From a virus (lineage: Duplodnaviria > Caudoviricetes), in IMG/VR virus record IMGVR_UViG_3300017747_002841, positions 1 through 42,176 of that record: a stretch of 42,176 nt of DNA. One strand, given 5' to 3'. How positions within the stretch are numbered: the stretch's first letter is position 1; each line of letters opens with the position of its first letter. The translations under genes were made by a program, and so were the position numbers. A model generated the notes under the pieces. That model was not told the origin of the DNA and made no database searches. It was given only the letters and a program-made list of their open reading frames with translations. Below are positions 19,521-30,066 of the stretch, piece by piece.

Positions 19521-19921
19521 CGGATAGCGCCCTCCAATCTCACCCGAATCATCGCGTTGGATTTCACCTCGCGCATCACCTGCGCCGTCTCCACCACAGC
19601 CCATCCGCTGCCGGTATTCTCTTCAAAGTTCGCAATCACATTGAAGATGCGAATCTCCACCGGCTCAGAGTTGGTGCCGTTGCCCAGCGTGCGCACTGTG
19701 ACTGGCTGCGAGAAACCAAGCGGGAAATTCTCAACCGCATATTCCGTGATGTGGATCGGTAGCTGTGCGGTCTGTTGCGGTCCCCATTGCAGCTCGTAGC
19801 CAATCGCATCCGTGAGGCTCTGTGGCGCATCCCAGCGAAAGGTTGCAGCGCGAGGCATTGGTTGCGCCCAACCTGCAACCTGCAACACGCACCCTGCAAC
19901 GATTGCCAGCGCAACTCTCAT
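19517..19921 (-). CDS. Exported fibronectin-III-like protein
   Basis: Signal peptide ending ...VAGWA; FRWDAP...IGYELQWG is an FN3-like signature. Confidence 0.6.
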   Translation of the reverse strand: MRVALAIVAGCVLQVAGWAQPMPRAATFRWDAPQSLTDAIGYELQWGPQQTAQLPIHITEYAVENFPLGFSQPVTVRTLGNGTNSEPVEIRIFNVIANFEENTGSGWAVVETAQVMREVKSNAMIRVRLEGAIR

Positions 19922-21426
19922 CGGATGATTACTCCTCCGCGCAACTCAACGCGGTTCAAGGTTGCGGAGATGCGGGAGGAAGCAGATTCAGCCCCATACT
20001 CAAACGCTCCGATGTCCCACGCCGCGCCCCGCGTTGAACCGACTTTATCAACCGTAAAACGATCATTCATCACAACGCCCGCGCCGATCAGAGAAGAAGA
20101 CGATGACAGCTCCCACGTATTGACCAGCGACGGATCGCCAAAGAAGGAGCTGGCGTCTTTTCCGAGTGCCTGCCACTCGTTCGTCAGCTTAGCCCCCACA
20201 TGCCAGTAAAACGGATAACCTCCACCGGCCCCTCCATAAAAGCTATTAAAGTCGCTGTCTATTCCTCCAGCCTCTGCGCCAACGTAGATATAGACGTTGC
20301 ACGTCGATATGATGTTGTTCGTGACAAATACGTTCGTCGTGTTATAGGCCAGCTCAATTCCATTCCCCACCGCTGTCGATTGCCCGACGATGGTGTTGTT
20401 GAAAATCTTTGTGCCTCGGCAGTCGCGCAAGTAGATGTGACCACTGGCCAGGTAGTTTGTGGACCCAGCCCCCAGCGTCATCACGTTGTTGTAAATCGTC
20501 GCGTAGTCATTGGTCCCAGAGATGAAGATGCACGAGTTGAGATGCCCGACATTTCCGTGAATGTAATTCCCGTGAATGACGAGGTTGGTATTCACTCCCC
20601 CACCATAGTGTGCCCACGTTTGAATTCCGTCGGAGTGATAAGCCTCCGTCCCCATGTTCCAACTGCCGGTTGGCCACGGGTAGTTGCTGCCAATGTCGTT
20701 GTTTCGCACGACGGTATCAACGATGTATCCTGTAGCGCTTCCCGTTCCGACTTGAATCGAGTCAGAGCAGTAATGCACGTAGTTGCTGGAGATAACGATG
20801 TTGGTCCCGTATTCGGGATAGTTTCCTATTCCTGCATCGCACCATGTCACAATGCAGTTGCTCACCGTGTAGTTGACCACACTGCCCTCTGCCATTATCC
20901 CAACGAACGCCACCGTGTCGTCATCAGATGATCCTGAATCGCGAACGTAAAGGTTCGTCACCGAGCATCCAGTAATCAGCACATTAGTCGTGTCATTGAT
21001 CCACATGCCATAGGTCGCCACCTTGTTGCCAAGCGATGTTCCGTTTGCCGTGCTGTTGATCACTGCGTTGCTGATGGTGATCCAGCCCTTGTTTTGCACG
21101 ACTATTGGTGACGAAGCGTTATTTCCCCAAGTCGCCTTGGAAAACTTCGCTCCCGTATCAAAGGCCAGCGTGATAGGGCTTCCATCGGAGCCACTGAGTT
21201 GAACCGTTGCTGTGCTGGTGATGGTTCCTGAGAACATCACTGTGTCTCCGGGGTCAATTTCTCCCGCTCCGCCGCCCCAGTTCCCAGCGGTATTAAACCA
21301 CGTCATCGCGTGAGCATTGGCCGCGTCTGCTCCAGTGTCTCCACCCGCTGCTGTTTGCGCGATCCAGATTGTTTCGGCGCGAACAGAAACAGTCAGCAAA
21401 AGGAAGATGAACGCGGCGATCCTCAT
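19918..21426 (-). CDS. Exported right-handed parallel beta-helix protein
   Basis: ATG 21426 (ATGA overlap); signal peptide MRIAAFIFLLLTVSVRA; repeated IxNNxI motifs, HSDGIQ, C-terminal GAAWDIGAFEY. Confidence 0.75.
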   Translation of the reverse strand: MRIAAFIFLLLTVSVRAETIWIAQTAAGGDTGADAANAHAMTWFNTAGNWGGGAGEIDPGDTVMFSGTITSTATVQLSGSDGSPITLAFDTGAKFSKATWGNNASSPIVVQNKGWITISNAVINSTANGTSLGNKVATYGMWINDTTNVLITGCSVTNLYVRDSGSSDDDTVAFVGIMAEGSVVNYTVSNCIVTWCDAGIGNYPEYGTNIVISSNYVHYCSDSIQVGTGSATGYIVDTVVRNNDIGSNYPWPTGSWNMGTEAYHSDGIQTWAHYGGGVNTNLVIHGNYIHGNVGHLNSCIFISGTNDYATIYNNVMTLGAGSTNYLASGHIYLRDCRGTKIFNNTIVGQSTAVGNGIELAYNTTNVFVTNNIISTCNVYIYVGAEAGGIDSDFNSFYGGAGGGYPFYWHVGAKLTNEWQALGKDASSFFGDPSLVNTWELSSSSSLIGAGVVMNDRFTVDKVGSTRGAAWDIGAFEYGAESASSRISATLNRVELRGGVIIR

Positions 21427-24400
21427 TGACCTGCAATCTTGACGTTGTTTGTCGTCGCCCCGCCCGCCGTCCACGTCAGCCAGACGGAGTTATTTGAACT
21501 CCACATGACCGCGCTGTTGGTGCCGCTCACACCGGGAGGCGATGGAACATTGTCCGCGTGGAAGGCGAAGTTTGTTCCGAGCTGCATCCGGTTCGTCGTC
21601 CATGTGTAGCCTGCAAAGTTTGTTCCGGTCGTGCGAATGCTGCCACGCATTGCGAGATTGATGGGGGTGACAAGCCCGTATCCGCCCGGTGTGTAGTAAG
21701 GGTTGCCAGTGTCATCCACTAGCACGCCCGCCGTGTTACGGTTGTTCCAGTGCAGGAGCGTTACGGGCGACGTGTAGTCAAGGATTCCGTAAGTCTCCGT
21801 GTTGTTATCAAACATGTTCACGCCGCTGTTCGCGTCCATGTCCACTCCGACCCCCTTGTTGTAGCTGATTTGGATGTTGTCGCAGTTATAGAGCTTCACC
21901 GTGCCAGATGGCATCATTCGGTTTCCAAAGAATCGTCCACCAGTAGTCACGTTGCTGATCGTGATCGAGTTGTTGCCGTCGTTGATATGGTTGAACTCAT
22001 TTCGGATGAAGTCAGTATGGCCTCGTCCGCTGCTGCTTGGATTCCAAACCGCGCCACGGTAGGAGTAGGTCACCATGTTATCATGCACGTGCATGTTCGC
22101 CGACTGAACGATGATCGGAATGGTATTGCTCCAAAGCTTGTTTGCCGAGATCGTCGTATATTCCGCCGTCCCTACCAGATTTGATATGCCGAATGCGCAG
22201 TTGTTGATCCAGTTCTGAGTGTAGAGAGAGTCCTTGGTGTCCGTGTTTGCGGTGCCGGTGATTTGGAGTCCGGTTAAATTGAACCCAAGAATCCTCAGCC
22301 CTTTCACATACGCTGGCCCGTTCGCCAGATGCGAAATGCCGATGCGGTTCCCTGCCGCAAAGGTTCCGCCATACCAGTTTGTAAACGCGTGATCGCCGCC
22401 GTGAACAGTGAAATCTCGCAACGACGTATTCACCGTGTCCGCTTTTAGGAATGTGCCGGTCGCGTCGCTCTTGAATTTGAGCGTTGAATTTGAGCCAAAA
22501 CCAAACGTGGAAGCCGTCACGAAAAGGTTCGATGCGATGAATGTTCCCGGCGGAATCATCACCCACAAGTTCGATGTGGTCGCGTTGGTGTAGGCTCGGT
22601 TGATCGCGTAAGTATTCTCGGTTGTTCCATCGCCAACTGCACCGTAGTCACGAATATCAACCCATGTCAGCGGGAGAGAGCCGCCAGAAGACGGCGTCGC
22701 ATTCGTCCATACATGCTGCCCGCTTGCCGTGGAATGCAGCGTCAACACCTGCCCGGCCGCTGCGCTTGACCGTGAAATTTGCAGATCATTCGTGCTGCCC
22801 GTTGCCGCTGGTGAATCCGTGGCGCGAGTGAAGGCCATCATGTCGCCTTGAAAGGATGAAATGCCAATCATCGAAGCGGCGGTTGAGCCTGTTCCAACTG
22901 TCAGCGTATTCGTCACGGTCAGGTTGCCATGCGCAGAGACAACGAAGTTGCTTCCGCCTGTCGCCGTTTGCCATGTTCCCGCTCCTGCTCCGTCACTGGT
23001 AAGCACCTTTCCAGAACCGGCCCCCGTCGAGAGCACAAACTCGCCATTTACAATCACGTCTTGAAGCGTTGTCGCTCCGGTAATGTTCGCATCTGCCGCC
23101 ACCAGATCCCCCGCTGTCACTGCGTTAGCCGTGGTGAATGCATCAGCTATTACCTTACCAGACGCTGAAATGCTGGTGGTGTAGTTGGTGGAGTTAACGA
23201 CTGTGATGTTCGCGTGATTCGGCTTGTCCAGCGTGTTCAGGCCCGCCATTTCAATTCGGCTGCCCGTTGCCCCGGCTCGAATCGCATTCGTGGCGTTCGC
23301 CCCTGAAATCACCCTCGTATTTTCCAGAGAGAACTTGCCTGCCGCCGTCGAGTATTCAATCGCGTCCACTCCGGTCGGCCCGTAGATGGTGCAGTTCACC
23401 AGCCGGAATTCGGTTCCATAGCTCGCGTCGTATCGGCCAATGGTGGAGAACGTGGACGCCGGAAGAGAGTAGATCGTGCAGTTGCGCAGGATGCCGCTTC
23501 CCGTCATCGCCTTGTTGGTCAATCCGCCAGAGATGGTCGCCGAACTGCGTTTGAAGTTGAGCACGCCAATATCCATGATCGCCCTGTCCGCGATGGACAC
23601 CGCCACGTTTCCGAAGCTGCCACCCCCCGCCAACGCCTCGCCGTAGCCGATGGTAAACACGGCGTCGCCCCAGTTGGTAAACGCTGTTGCAGTTTCGACG
23701 ATGGAATCACCCGCATACGCTCGCGATGCGCGAAAGATAATCTTTCTGGGCGCAGCCGTGCCGCCTTCGTAAACGTCGTAGTCTTCAGCGCGAACAAAGT
23801 CGTGCGCTGTGAAATCGAGCGAACCGGCATCATGCAGAATGGCCGAAGTCGGCCCATGCACCCACGCCGATTTGCATTCGATATAGAAATCCGAATCGCC
23901 CTCCTGCATGATCACGATTCCGCCCAACGCATTGCTCGAATGGAACTCGCCAAACCCCATGATCCGGTTCGTCGTCGCTCCCGTTCCAGCCAGCGCATCA
24001 TCGAAAATGGCGCTCGTCGTCGTCAGGTCAGAAGATCGCCCCACCGAAACAATCGCTCCCGGCTGGAAATACATGTCCACTCCACGCCCCGCCAAGCTTT
24101 GGTTATTGGTAGGAATGTTGTAAGCTCCCGGCCCAACGACAACCAGAGAACCAGCGGGAGCCTTGGTGGAAATGTTCGTCAGGTTCAGCCCCGACGACAG
24201 CGCATCATTCGAGTAGCCAACATGAATCACGTTGGTATAAGCGCGAAGCAGTGACTGATAGTTCGTGGCGTATTCTTTTATCGGAGCCACAGCCAGATTC
24301 GAGACGCTCGCGTTGAGATACCAGTTCGTCCCGCTCACCGTGAACGGCCCCGGAAACCACACGCTGCCGGTCAGCGAACCGCCCGAGCCGCCGCCCGTAA

Positions 24401-24485
24401 TCGGCGCCGTGCCGCTCGCTGCCCTGGACGCCACCGGCAACCACGCCAGCAGCAACGCCACCGCTAAAAGTAATCGTGTCTTCAT
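21423..24485 (-). CDS. Tailspike/depolymerase-like pectin-lyase-fold protein with signal peptide
   Basis: 1020 aa; VDIRDYGAVGDGTTENTYAINRA...IPPGTF beta-helix cap; GKVLTSDGAGAGTWQT fiber repeat; N-terminal MKTRLLLAVALLLAWLPVASRA. Confidence 0.75.
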   Translation of the reverse strand: MKTRLLLAVALLLAWLPVASRAASGTAPITGGGSGGSLTGSVWFPGPFTVSGTNWYLNASVSNLAVAPIKEYATNYQSLLRAYTNVIHVGYSNDALSSGLNLTNISTKAPAGSLVVVGPGAYNIPTNNQSLAGRGVDMYFQPGAIVSVGRSSDLTTTSAIFDDALAGTGATTNRIMGFGEFHSSNALGGIVIMQEGDSDFYIECKSAWVHGPTSAILHDAGSLDFTAHDFVRAEDYDVYEGGTAAPRKIIFRASRAYAGDSIVETATAFTNWGDAVFTIGYGEALAGGGSFGNVAVSIADRAIMDIGVLNFKRSSATISGGLTNKAMTGSGILRNCTIYSLPASTFSTIGRYDASYGTEFRLVNCTIYGPTGVDAIEYSTAAGKFSLENTRVISGANATNAIRAGATGSRIEMAGLNTLDKPNHANITVVNSTNYTTSISASGKVIADAFTTANAVTAGDLVAADANITGATTLQDVIVNGEFVLSTGAGSGKVLTSDGAGAGTWQTATGGSNFVVSAHGNLTVTNTLTVGTGSTAASMIGISSFQGDMMAFTRATDSPAATGSTNDLQISRSSAAAGQVLTLHSTASGQHVWTNATPSSGGSLPLTWVDIRDYGAVGDGTTENTYAINRAYTNATTSNLWVMIPPGTFIASNLFVTASTFGFGSNSTLKFKSDATGTFLKADTVNTSLRDFTVHGGDHAFTNWYGGTFAAGNRIGISHLANGPAYVKGLRILGFNLTGLQITGTANTDTKDSLYTQNWINNCAFGISNLVGTAEYTTISANKLWSNTIPIIVQSANMHVHDNMVTYSYRGAVWNPSSSGRGHTDFIRNEFNHINDGNNSITISNVTTGGRFFGNRMMPSGTVKLYNCDNIQISYNKGVGVDMDANSGVNMFDNNTETYGILDYTSPVTLLHWNNRNTAGVLVDDTGNPYYTPGGYGLVTPINLAMRGSIRTTGTNFAGYTWTTNRMQLGTNFAFHADNVPSPPGVSGTNSAVMWSSNNSVWLTWTAGGATTNNVKIAGQ

Positions 24486-25144
24486 TTCATTCGACTCCAG
24501 ACCGCGCTTGCGATTCCGCCACTCGTCGCGTTCGTCAGTGAGAACGGCGTTTGTGAAAGGCAGATGTTAATCCCGTATTGGAACGGCGCGCCGCCCGCGC
24601 CGAAATCCTTGAACCCAACGCTCCCCGTCGGAATTGGCACGCTGGAAAAGTGCGGCACTCGTCCCGCCAGGCTGTTTGTCGCCGAGTCGAATACCATCAG
24701 GTAGAGCGTCGCCCCGCTGTAATTGTCGATCTCGACAAACCCGGCCTGCGCCGCCCGCGTCACCGCCACGTAATTCGATACCACCGTTCCCGAGCACGTC
24801 CGATTGCCCCAGAACTCGACATCCGCCGCTCCGGCATCGAACCCGAGCAGACACAGCACCAGCGCCAGGAGCATCCCACCCATCGCACCCGCGCCGCCCT
24901 GCATCCCCTGCACCTCCGCATCGAGCGCCACGTCTTCCGCGCTGGTTTCGTTGCCCTCTTCCGCGCCCATCACTGGCTGTCCGTTGATCTCGCTGGCGGT
25001 GAAATACACCTCGCCGCCCTCCGAGCGTGTCACCGTGCCCTTTCCTGAAAATTCCACTTCATCACCGACTGCCGGACCCACTGCGCCGCCGGTTTCGCCG
25101 GCCAGGTTCAGCGCCTCCGCACCTACACAAATTTCGTTTTTCAT
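24482..25144 (-). CDS. Hypothetical structural-module protein with an internal signal/TM segment
   Basis: Acidic N-terminal ~85 aa, then MLLALVLCLLGFDAGA, then a beta-rich domain. Confidence 0.6.
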   Translation of the reverse strand: MKNEICVGAEALNLAGETGGAVGPAVGDEVEFSGKGTVTRSEGGEVYFTASEINGQPVMGAEEGNETSAEDVALDAEVQGMQGGAGAMGGMLLALVLCLLGFDAGAADVEFWGNRTCSGTVVSNYVAVTRAAQAGFVEIDNYSGATLYLMVFDSATNSLAGRVPHFSSVPIPTGSVGFKDFGAGGAPFQYGINICLSQTPFSLTNATSGGIASAVWSRMK

Positions 25145-25161
25145 AATGTCATTGAGGAGGA

Positions 25162-25185
25162 CCGGGCGGATTCCAGCCCGCCCGG
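25162..25185 (-). terminator. GC-rich hairpin downstream of the capsid gene
   Basis: CCGGGCGG-N8-CCGCCCGG; no strong U tail, so possibly an mRNA stability or partial termination element. Confidence 0.4.
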
Positions 25186-25209
25186 CCCGTGGGTTACCGT
25201 GAGGTTATT

Positions 25210-26325
25210 TTACGCGAAGGTGGACTTGCTGCGGCCGATCACCAGATTGCGCGAGTCCAGACCCATGCTCATCAGGAAGCATTTCCATGCCGCCACGATG
25301 AACTGATTAGCCGGATCGCTCTTCTCCGGCTTGTCATTGATGAACACCTGTGGCTTGAGCGGACTCTTGGTGCCGGCCAGCTTCGGAACGCCGTAGGCAT
25401 TCGCGCCCAGGAAGATCGTCGAATAGACCAACCCATCCGCGTCACCGTCGGCGCTGTCGTAAGTGCCGTACGTCTCATCCTCAATGAAGGGATTCGTGTG
25501 CTCGACGAAGCGGAAACCGTCCATCTCGCCGATCTGCCCCTTGTAAACGCCATCCGAGCCCCGGCCCTGAAACGCGTTCTCATACTTCGAATCCTCGCAG
25601 AGATCCTGCATGACCTGCGGAGGAAGTAGACAGAGGTATTTGCCCTTGAGCTTCGGCGCCTTGTTCACACGCAAGCGTGTGCCGGCCGCCAGGATGAACC
25701 GGCGGAACGCTTTGCCGTTGGCCTGCGTCAAGCCGGACAACGTGGAGAAGTTCGTGGCCGATGTCCCGCCATTGATCGCCGTGCCCGCGCCGCTCACAAA
25801 CAGCTCGCAACCGTTGGTGCCATCGCTGCCGTGCGTCAACGGAGTCGTGGACCCGTCGGGATGCGTGCTGCCCACCAGCGCGTTGCGTACGAGTGAATCA
25901 TAGAACAACGCCGCATCGCGTCCCATCAAGTCGATGTTCTGCTTGAGCGGCTGATAGGCGTCGATCATCGAAATCACGTCGCTGATCTTCGTCGCCTGCA
26001 CATACTGCTCCAGGCTGACGTCCACCTTCGTGAAGTCGTTTTCCCGGAACGTGCTGATTGCCGAGCCTTCGTCCGCCGTGCCCACGTCGAACTTGCCGAT
26101 CACGCCGGTCGTAGCCGTCGGACTTGCGCCGTAAAGCGTGGAGTCCGCCAGAGCCGGTTTGAAGAACCGAATGGAACGCGAATGCGCGTTCATCGGAAGA
26201 TCCGCCTGCATACCGAATTGATCCATGATCAACTCGTCCACCTGCACCTCCAGCAGCTTCTTGCTGAAATGAATTTGAATGCGATCCGCCACGCTGGCCG
26301 GATTCCCCGTTGATGTCATAGCCAT
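25210..26325 (-). CDS. Major capsid protein (N4-gp56/HK97-fold-like)
   Basis: 371 aa after the scaffold gene; LPMNAHSRSIRFFK, YKGQIGEMDGFRFVE, TIFLGANAYG, KSDPANQ motifs. Confidence 0.85.
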   Translation of the reverse strand: MAMTSTGNPASVADRIQIHFSKKLLEVQVDELIMDQFGMQADLPMNAHSRSIRFFKPALADSTLYGASPTATTGVIGKFDVGTADEGSAISTFRENDFTKVDVSLEQYVQATKISDVISMIDAYQPLKQNIDLMGRDAALFYDSLVRNALVGSTHPDGSTTPLTHGSDGTNGCELFVSGAGTAINGGTSATNFSTLSGLTQANGKAFRRFILAAGTRLRVNKAPKLKGKYLCLLPPQVMQDLCEDSKYENAFQGRGSDGVYKGQIGEMDGFRFVEHTNPFIEDETYGTYDSADGDADGLVYSTIFLGANAYGVPKLAGTKSPLKPQVFINDKPEKSDPANQFIVAAWKCFLMSMGLDSRNLVIGRSKSTFA

Positions 26326-26342
26326 AACTGTTCACTCCCGAG

Positions 26343-27449
26343 CTACAGCGCGCCGGCCAGCTCCCGATTCAGTGCGTCCTCCTGCTCCGCGGTGGTCATG
26401 CTCGCGAAGTTCCTTCGCTCGCTGCCCATGCCACGATTCAGGCTGCCGCCACCGCCCGGTATGCTCACCCGCTGCTCCAGCTCCCGATTCTGTGCCGTCA
26501 ACGCTTCCACCTGCTTCAACAGTTCCGGAACCTTCGCCGCTTCACCGCGCAGCTTGGCCGTCTCGCCTTCGAGTTGAGCCACCAGCTTGCGCCCCGCCAG
26601 CACTGCCACCCGATACGGCCCCGCGTCGTCCCCCAGCAGATCCGGACGTGACTGAATCAACGCCCGCAACTCCCGGTTGAGCGGACTGGCCACGTTCAAC
26701 GCCTCCGGCAAGTCGCCTTTCAGCTTCTGCCAGGCTTGCGTCACGCTGTCGCCCGCTGGATTCCTCGATCGCAACTGCCCCGCCGCCTCCCGTGCCTTCA
26801 CCGCCAGCTCGCGCTGTTGGTCTGCCCGGTCGAACTCGCCGGCCTGCTCAAAGGCCAGTGCCTGCGCTTCGAACTTTGGCGCCGCTGCATCGTAATCCTC
26901 CGCCGTGTAGCCGTTCAGCTTGGCCGATGTCGCCTTCGTGGCCAGGTGTCGCTCCCGCGCTTCCAGCGTTTTCCGTTGCAACTCGAATTCATCGCGTTGC
27001 GCCTGAAATTCCGCCTTCTGCTTGTTCAACGATTCCCAGCTCCGTTCCCGACGGTCGATTTCCTTGCGATACGCGCTCTTGTGCGCATCGAGTGGATCCT
27101 CCGCCTTGGCTTCTTCGGCTGCCGTCTCTTCTGCCGTGCTGTCGTCTGGCTTGGTTTCCGTCTCTGTCTCGGCCGGCTTCTTCGCCGCCGTGTCCGCAGT
27201 CGCCTTGGCCTTCGCCTCCGGTTTTCGGAAGTCGCTGGCCTTGATTTCCTCCGGCGTCAGTCGCTCGCCCGCGCGCTGGGCGTCCTTCGCGCTCGGACTT
27301 TTGAACCTGCCCGCCTCATCTCGGCCCGTGTCGCCCGATTGCTGCCGCGTTTCCGCCGCCTCATCCGCCGCGATCATGTCCTCAAGAGTGCGCAAGTCCT
27401 CCGGCCCGTCTGCCCTGATGCCTGATTCGATCTGTTCTTCTGCGTCCAT
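26343..27449 (-). CDS. Capsid scaffolding protein
   Basis: Charged coiled-coil protein with an RDEAGRF motif, located between portal and capsid. Confidence 0.7.
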   Translation of the reverse strand: MDAEEQIESGIRADGPEDLRTLEDMIAADEAAETRQQSGDTGRDEAGRFKSPSAKDAQRAGERLTPEEIKASDFRKPEAKAKATADTAAKKPAETETETKPDDSTAEETAAEEAKAEDPLDAHKSAYRKEIDRRERSWESLNKQKAEFQAQRDEFELQRKTLEARERHLATKATSAKLNGYTAEDYDAAAPKFEAQALAFEQAGEFDRADQQRELAVKAREAAGQLRSRNPAGDSVTQAWQKLKGDLPEALNVASPLNRELRALIQSRPDLLGDDAGPYRVAVLAGRKLVAQLEGETAKLRGEAAKVPELLKQVEALTAQNRELEQRVSIPGGGGSLNRGMGSERRNFASMTTAEQEDALNRELAGAL

Positions 27450-27452
27450 ATC

Positions 27453-27782
27453 TTACGGAGCAATACGTTCACGCAAACCGGCTGCCCCATTGCCCTGCTG
27501 CGTGTCCTCGTCCTGTTGCGGTCGGACGTCCACCGAAAGCGTGTTGAGCATGAAGTTCATCGCCACGTAAAAGCCCGCGGCCTCGCCACAGGCGTATTCG
27601 TGCTTGTCCAGGCGCGTCACCGCCTGCCGGTCCTTCATTCCTGCCCACCAATTCACCAGCTCGCGCAACCGCGTTCCCCGCGGCCCGGATAACACCTCGC
27701 GCAACCATGCCGAATCATCCGGTCCCCAGACCGGCGGAACCGCACCCTCGCGCGGAACAAATGGTTGTAATGCTGCACTCAT
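27453..27782 (-). CDS. Small head-module protein
   Basis: 109-aa ORF between portal and scaffold, a position commonly occupied by a small gene in this head layout. Confidence 0.6.
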   Translation of the reverse strand: MSAALQPFVPREGAVPPVWGPDDSAWLREVLSGPRGTRLRELVNWWAGMKDRQAVTRLDKHEYACGEAAGFYVAMNFMLNTLSVDVRPQQDEDTQQGNGAAGLRERIAP

Positions 27783-27785
27783 GCG

Positions 27786-29780
27786 TTAAACCGCCAGCGC
27801 ATCGGGAACGGACTGGCCGGTTTGAAGTCCAGCCAGCCCGCCACTCATGCGACCGTTCATGCGACCAGAAACCTCCGGCAGCTCCCCGCCGGAAGAAAGT
27901 GTCTCCGTGCCTCCACCAAGCGCCGCGGCCGGCGGCGCGCCGGCCATGCCCGCATCGAGCGTTTTCATCGCCGCCACGATCTGCTTCGCCAGCGCCGGAT
28001 TCTCCTGCTGGAGCATTTGCAGATGTTGCCCGATATGTTCGTGCATCCGTTGCCGGCCCACCGTGGCGCGCATCAGCTCCTCCTGCGTGTTCGGCGGAGG
28101 CATCAGCGCCAACTGCTGGAGCTTGCCGAACAGAATCTTGAGCCGCGTGGCATGGTCTTCGCCCGGGAGAACTGCCGCCGGATAACCTTCCAGCAACAAC
28201 GCCGAAATCTCGATCGCCTCGTCCTCGCTCTCCGTCGCCGCCTTGTTGCCGCTGGAGATGAACAGCTTTTTGACCAAACGCGCGTCGTCGTCCTCTAGGA
28301 GCGTCTTCACCAGCTCCTCCTGATTCACGTTCGGATGCCCCTTGAGCATCTGGAAACGCGCAACGCTCCGCTGCATCCGCTGCTGTTTGTTCCACGCGTC
28401 CGGCTGCGCGTCCGGCTCGATCAAATACATGTCGTGCTTGGCCTGCTCCGGCAGCACCTTGCGCGTTCCCGACTGGAAATAAGCCAGATCCTCCTTGCTG
28501 AACTGGCAGTACAGCGCCCACGCCTTGCGATACACCTGCCCTTCGCTCTGCGCCGTGATCCACGCCTTCAGTTGAATGCCCTGACTGGCAAAGCTCCCCA
28601 GGTAATTCCACTCCGTCGCCGTGCGATTCCCGCCCGACTTCCCGCCTTCGTTCTGCTGCTGAATGCCAAAATCCGGCGTGCCCGCGGATTCCTCCGCCAG
28701 TTGACGCGTGTTTTGGATTTCCTCGCTGATCGCAAACGGAGGCTCCGGCATCGCTGCCGGCGCCACTCCCGGAGGCAGCATCTCGCCCGGCTTGAGCGTG
28801 ATGTTCGCCGTGTTCGCCATCGCCGCGTCTGCCGTCCGCGTAAACAGCGGCTTCATGGAATACTCAAGCCAATCGGCTTTCGCGTTCCACAGCTTCGTCC
28901 CGTAAGTCTCGTAAGGCGCCACCTGCTCGATCACCCCGCGCGGCGCGTAAAATCCCTTTTCCGTAATTTCCACGCGCCACTTCGTGAACGGCTGCATGGG
29001 TTGCCCGCGCCACTTGTAGCCCAGCAAAAAGTCCTCTCGCACCGGATCATTCGGCGCGCTCGGCGAAATCGTCCGCACCTTCCACCCCTTGCTTACCCGC
29101 TCGTAACACTCAAACAGCACGATTTCATCCTCGTCCTGCGAATACGTCAGCCCCTCGCGCCCCTGCTTCTCCTGTTCCTTCCAATGTTCCACCTGCTTGT
29201 CACCGCCGCGAATGCGCGCCACCAGGTCCGCGCTGCGGTCGTAACGGTCATCCCGGAGGTACTTCGCCACCGTGGTTTGCCGGATGTGACAAAACCAGTC
29301 CATCTCATCGATCTCATCGCCCGAGGACGGCACCACGAAAAACAGCGGATCCACGCATTCGAACACCACGCCCCCGAGCCCGTCCGCCGCCGTCGGATCC
29401 CAGCGCAATTTCAGCACCGGATTGCCACAGACCAGCATCGCATCGATCACATACGCCATTTCGAGCGCGAAGTTCGTTTCGTTCCGGAGCTTCCAATCGA
29501 GAAAATCCGCCGCGCCGGCGGTAGCGTCCGCCAACTGTGTTCGCAACGGAGTAAACGACGCCAACCGTTGACGTCCGAAGATGCTGTTGATGTAATACGG
29601 CTTGAGCTTGGAAACCGCATTGTCGCCGATCGGTAGGTGAAGATCCGCCGCGCCCCGAAACGGCTTGTTCCGCCGCCGGAGCCCCTCGTGCCGCATCTGA
29701 TAAAACAACTGCTGCCGCTCCTCCCACACGCTGCGACCGTCCAGCGCGTTCAGGATCTTTTCATGCAGTTGCTTGGCCAT
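27786..29780 (-). CDS. Portal protein (P22-like podovirus type)
   Basis: 664 aa; PFRGAADLHLP, VDPLFFVVP, GFY.PRG, RTATE motifs; Gln-rich helical C-terminus; lies upstream of scaffold and capsid. Confidence 0.8.
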   Translation of the reverse strand: MAKQLHEKILNALDGRSVWEERQQLFYQMRHEGLRRRNKPFRGAADLHLPIGDNAVSKLKPYYINSIFGRQRLASFTPLRTQLADATAGAADFLDWKLRNETNFALEMAYVIDAMLVCGNPVLKLRWDPTAADGLGGVVFECVDPLFFVVPSSGDEIDEMDWFCHIRQTTVAKYLRDDRYDRSADLVARIRGGDKQVEHWKEQEKQGREGLTYSQDEDEIVLFECYERVSKGWKVRTISPSAPNDPVREDFLLGYKWRGQPMQPFTKWRVEITEKGFYAPRGVIEQVAPYETYGTKLWNAKADWLEYSMKPLFTRTADAAMANTANITLKPGEMLPPGVAPAAMPEPPFAISEEIQNTRQLAEESAGTPDFGIQQQNEGGKSGGNRTATEWNYLGSFASQGIQLKAWITAQSEGQVYRKAWALYCQFSKEDLAYFQSGTRKVLPEQAKHDMYLIEPDAQPDAWNKQQRMQRSVARFQMLKGHPNVNQEELVKTLLEDDDARLVKKLFISSGNKAATESEDEAIEISALLLEGYPAAVLPGEDHATRLKILFGKLQQLALMPPPNTQEELMRATVGRQRMHEHIGQHLQMLQQENPALAKQIVAAMKTLDAGMAGAPPAAALGGGTETLSSGGELPEVSGRMNGRMSGGLAGLQTGQSVPDALAV

Positions 29781-29784
29781 GATG

Positions 29785-30066
29785 TCAGCTCGCCGGCGCC
29801 GGATCCGTCACGTCCGCCGGCACCACTTCCACCGGCTCGGGAACCTCTGCCACCAGCGCGAGATCCACCGTCCAGCAGTTGCCCTTGATATGCGCGCCAG
29901 CCCGTTCCGGCGCGCCGTAGGTCAACGCGCCCGACTTCACGACACCGGACGGCACCGCCGCCAACGCCTGCCGCCCTGCCGCCTCGATGCGCTGGATGAT
30001 TTCCACCGCCTGCTCCTCTGTCTCCGGCTGAAACGTGCCGGAAATGACAATGGTGAAAGTCTTCAC
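29785..30066 (-). CDS. Hypothetical protein
   Basis: GTGA overlap with the upstream gene; ends 4 nt before the portal start. Confidence 0.6.
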   Translation of the reverse strand: MKTFTIVISGTFQPETEEQAVEIIQRIEAAGRQALAAVPSGVVKSGALTYGAPERAGAHIKGNCWTVDLALVAEVPEPVEVVPADVTDPAPAS

